IMG/VR virus record: IMGVR_UViG_3300037422_000656 | Coordinates: 1-38,931 of that record | Origin: a virus | Lineage: Duplodnaviria > Caudoviricetes | Direction: 5' to 3' (one strand) | Length of the DNA: 38,931 bases | In this document: positions 36,404 to 38,931 of the stretch, in pieces | How positions within the stretch are numbered: position 1 is the stretch's first letter | Layout of the letters: the number at the start of each line of letters is the position of its first letter | Program-made: the position numbers and the translations under genes | Notes under the pieces: generated by a model | Told to the model about the DNA's origin: nothing | The model's database searches: none | The model's input: the letters and a program-made list of their open reading frames with translations, nothing else

Positions 36404-38565
36404 GCGATCTCCGCCACGATGGAGCCGTCGGATCGCAACTCGGCGACCGCGCCCGGCCCGACAATGAACGTACTTTCGTTTTCCTCGAAGACCGCCGGAC
36501 CGTCGATACGCACACCGAATCGCAAGGCGTAGCGATCATAGACCGGGGTGTTCATGCTCCGCCCCGCCTCGGCAAAGTATACTGGTCGCATGCCCTTGAG
36601 CGCGGGATCGTCATGCGCCGGGGCTGCGCCACGCCGTGGCGCGTCATGGGTCGCTCCGACCGAAGAGACGCCACCGGTTTGGCGCGCCTCCGGCGTATGC
36701 TGCCGCGCCCGCAGCACCAATGGCCCGCCGGCACCGGGCATCGGCGCCGACACCGACAGGCGCAGCGAGACGAACTGGATCGCCGCGCCGGGCGGCGTGC
36801 GGGCGAACAACGCCCTGTAGACCGTCTCGTAGGCTGCCCGCACCGCGGCCGCGTCGGCCGCGTCCGGCATGGCAACCGTGACCTCGCTGCCTTGGCCGAC
36901 ATAGCGCATGTCAGCCAGGCGCAACTCGGTGCGCGACGCAAGATCGGCGCCCGTCGGCCGCAGGACCTCGAGCGCCTCCTGACGCATGGCGGCGAACAGA
37001 CGTTCCATGGCCGCGAAATCGGCGGCGGCCAGCGGCGCGTTGAAACTGCTGACCCGGTCGATACGTGCCGGTGCCATCAACATGCCGATGGTGCTGCCCG
37101 CGCCCGCGCCGGGCGGACAGACGACGCGGCGCACACCCAGCTTGCGCGCCACGTGCCAGGCATGCACCGGCCCGGCACCACCGGTGGCCAGCAGGGCGTA
37201 TTCCGCCGGGATGCGGCCGCGCTCGGCGATCGCCACTCGGGCGGCGCCGGCCATGTTCTCGTTGACGACGTCGTGCACACCGAAGGCGATGCGCGCCGGA
37301 TCGACGGCCAGCGCCTGCGCCAACCCGCCCAGCGCGGTCTCGGCGGCGGCGCGGTCGATCTTCATCTCGCCGCCGAGGAAGAAGTCGGCGTCGAGATAGC
37401 CCAGTGCCAGATCGGCGTCGGTCACGGTCGGATCCGTGCCGCCGCGACCGTAGCACGCCGGTCCCGGTTGCGCACCACTGCTCTGTGGACCGACGTTGAG
37501 CGTGCCGAGATCGCTCTTGCGCGCGATCGAACCGCCGCCGGCACCGATCTCGATCAGCTCGACCGTGGCGATCTGGATCGGCAGGCCGGAGCCGCGCAGG
37601 AAGCGCTTCTCGCGTGCCGCCTCGAAGCCCCAGGCGACCAGCGGCTGGCCGTCGTCGACCAGGGCCAGCTTGGCGGTGGTGCCGCCCATATCGAAGGCCA
37701 GCACGCGATCCAGCCCGGCGTTGCGCCCGAACCAGGCGCCAGCCAACGCGCCGGCGGCCGGGCCGCTCTCCATCAGCTGAACCGGCGCCCGCTTGGCCTC
37801 GCTGACATGCGTCAGCCCGCCATTGGACAGCATCAGGAACAGCGCCCCGGCGATTCCGTCACGGCGCAGCGCCGTCTCGAGCCGCTCAAGGTAGGCCTCG
37901 GCCAGCGGCCGCACATAGGCGTTCGCGACCGTCGTGCTGACCCGCGGATACTCGCGGATTTCCGGCGCGATGTCGGACGAGATTGATACCGACAGCTTCT
38001 GGAAGCGCCGCGACACCGCTTCGGCAATGGCGCGTTCGTGGGCCGCGTTGGCGTAGGCGTGCAGGAAGCAGATCGCCAGACTCTCGACGCCCTGGGCGAC
38101 GAGATCGGCGACCTCGGCCAGCGCGCCATCGATGTCCAGCGGCACGTCGACGCTGCCGTCGGGCCGCAATCGCTCGCGCGCCTCGCGCCGCCAGGGACGC
38201 GGCACCAATGGCTTGGGCATCTCGATGAAGATGTCGTAGAGCTCGTACTTGCGCTCGCGCGCGATCTCCAACACGTCGGCGAAACCGGCCGTGGTGAGCA
38301 GCCCGGTCCGTGCGCCCTTGCGTTCGATCAGCGCGTTGGTGAAGAGCGTCGTGGCGTGCACGACCCTGCCGACCTCTCGCGGACGCACGCCGGCGCGGCG
38401 CAGCACTTCGCGCGTGCCGGTCAGTGCGCCGCGCGCCGGGTCGTCGGACGTGGTGCTCTCTTTCCAGATGACGGCGCGCCCGTCGCGCGGATCATGAAGC
38501 ACCAAATCCGTGAACGTGCCGCCGATATCGATGCCCAGCGAATAGGGTGCGTCAGCAACCGTCAT
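36400..38565 (-). CDS. Hydantoinase A / oxoprolinase family protein
   Basis: GIDIGGTFTD, HATTLFTNALIE, ESGPAAG, DMGGTTAK, IGAGGGS, GPACYGRGG. Confidence 0.93.
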   Translation of the reverse strand: MTVADAPYSLGIDIGGTFTDLVLHDPRDGRAVIWKESTTSDDPARGALTGTREVLRRAGVRPREVGRVVHATTLFTNALIERKGARTGLLTTAGFADVLEIARERKYELYDIFIEMPKPLVPRPWRREARERLRPDGSVDVPLDIDGALAEVADLVAQGVESLAICFLHAYANAAHERAIAEAVSRRFQKLSVSISSDIAPEIREYPRVSTTVANAYVRPLAEAYLERLETALRRDGIAGALFLMLSNGGLTHVSEAKRAPVQLMESGPAAGALAGAWFGRNAGLDRVLAFDMGGTTAKLALVDDGQPLVAWGFEAAREKRFLRGSGLPIQIATVELIEIGAGGGSIARKSDLGTLNVGPQSSGAQPGPACYGRGGTDPTVTDADLALGYLDADFFLGGEMKIDRAAAETALGGLAQALAVDPARIAFGVHDVVNENMAGAARVAIAERGRIPAEYALLATGGAGPVHAWHVARKLGVRRVVCPPGAGAGSTIGMLMAPARIDRVSSFNAPLAAADFAAMERLFAAMRQEALEVLRPTGADLASRTELRLADMRYVGQGSEVTVAMPDAADAAAVRAAYETVYRALFARTPPGAAIQFVSLRLSVSAPMPGAGGPLVLRARQHTPEARQTGGVSSVGATHDAPRRGAAPAHDDPALKGMRPVYFAEAGRSMNTPVYDRYALRFGVRIDGPAVFEENESTFIVGPGAVAELRSDGSIVAEIA

Positions 38566-38654
38566 TCATTCGTCCCCGCGGCAGACAGGCGCGCCCTTCA
38601 GGTCGCTGCCATGCGGCAGTTCGATGAACGTCGCCGGCGCGTGAGCGAACTGGT

Positions 38655-38771
38655 GTCGTTCTGGGCGAAGCGAAGGGGCTTGCAGGCGATCCGTCGTGTC
38701 GAGCGTAGCGAGACACCTCCTCGAAACGGAGTCCCCGTTCCCGGAAGATTCCTCGCATAGCTCGGAACGAC
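38655..38771. repeat. Degenerate REP-like palindromes (GAGCG.AGCGAG type)
   Basis: GTCGTTCTGGGCGAAGCGAAGG and GTCGTGTCGAGCGTAGCGAG..CTCGCATAGCTCGGAACGAC resemble the 9532 repeat. Confidence 0.45.
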
Positions 38772-38860
38772 GTGACAACGGCGCCTCAAGACCCCTGACG
38801 CCGCTCAGGCCGACGCATGGGATAGCTTGTTGCGACATTCCCAACCCGAACACCCGTCGG

Positions 38861-38931
38861 TCACTCGGCACGGATGTTGCCCTGCTTCACGACCTTGGCC
38901 CAGCGCACGCGATCGCTCTGGATCTGGGCGG
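38861..38931 (-). CDS. Tripartite tricarboxylate transporter substrate-binding protein (Bug/TctC), 3' end only
   Basis: Minus strand reads AQIQSDRVRWAKVVKQGNIRAE*, the characteristic C-terminus of Bug proteins. Confidence 0.7.
   Translation of the reverse strand, partial: AQIQSDRVRWAKVVKQGNIRAE

Noticed and set aside
1-38931. CRISPR array, IS transposase, integrase, phage RNA/DNA polymerase, holin or endolysin
   Set aside because: No regularly spaced repeats or diagnostic motifs were found in the sequence or ORF track. Such genes could lie outside the window.
29579-38931. Amidohydrolase, M81 peptidase, radical SAM and hydantoinase genes as one biosynthetic cluster or phage cargo
   Set aside because: Mixed orientations, separated by an sRNA and repeats, on the host side of the tRNA, with no precursor peptide or other link evident.

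Overview
High-GC alphaproteobacterial-type DNA in two parts. (1) Positions 1-~29,300 hold a phage-derived element next to the 3' end of tRNA-Val(GAC). It has a minus-strand podovirus-type (T7/BPP-1-like) virion morphogenesis cluster: terminases, portal, scaffold, major capsid, tail tubular A/B, gp13-like and gp14-like genes. The only recognisable regulators are a divergent pair, an HTH+S24 repressor and a DUF6456 (GafZ/Q-like) protein. No integrase, cro, replication or lysis gene is visible in the window. The element carries a duplicated late promoter with a downstream hairpin, two full-length large terminases but one small terminase, an ART-PolyVal-like toxin gene with antisense partner ORFs, a lower-GC three-gene cassette flanked by ~140-bp direct repeats, and an extra protein that reuses the scaffold's C-terminal motif. 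Host-type palindromic repeats sit inside the structural operon. My lead hypothesis (inference) is a domesticated, podovirus-derived gene-transfer-agent-like or protein-delivery particle system. A decaying prophage cannot be excluded because the left end lies outside the window. (2) Positions ~29,350-38,931 are host backbone: tRNA-Val, N-formylglutamate amidohydrolase, suhB/MmgR-family sRNA, M81 metallopeptidase, radical SAM protein, hydantoinase/oxoprolinase A and B, and the end of a Bug/TctC gene. All family assignments come from motif recognition by eye, not database searches.
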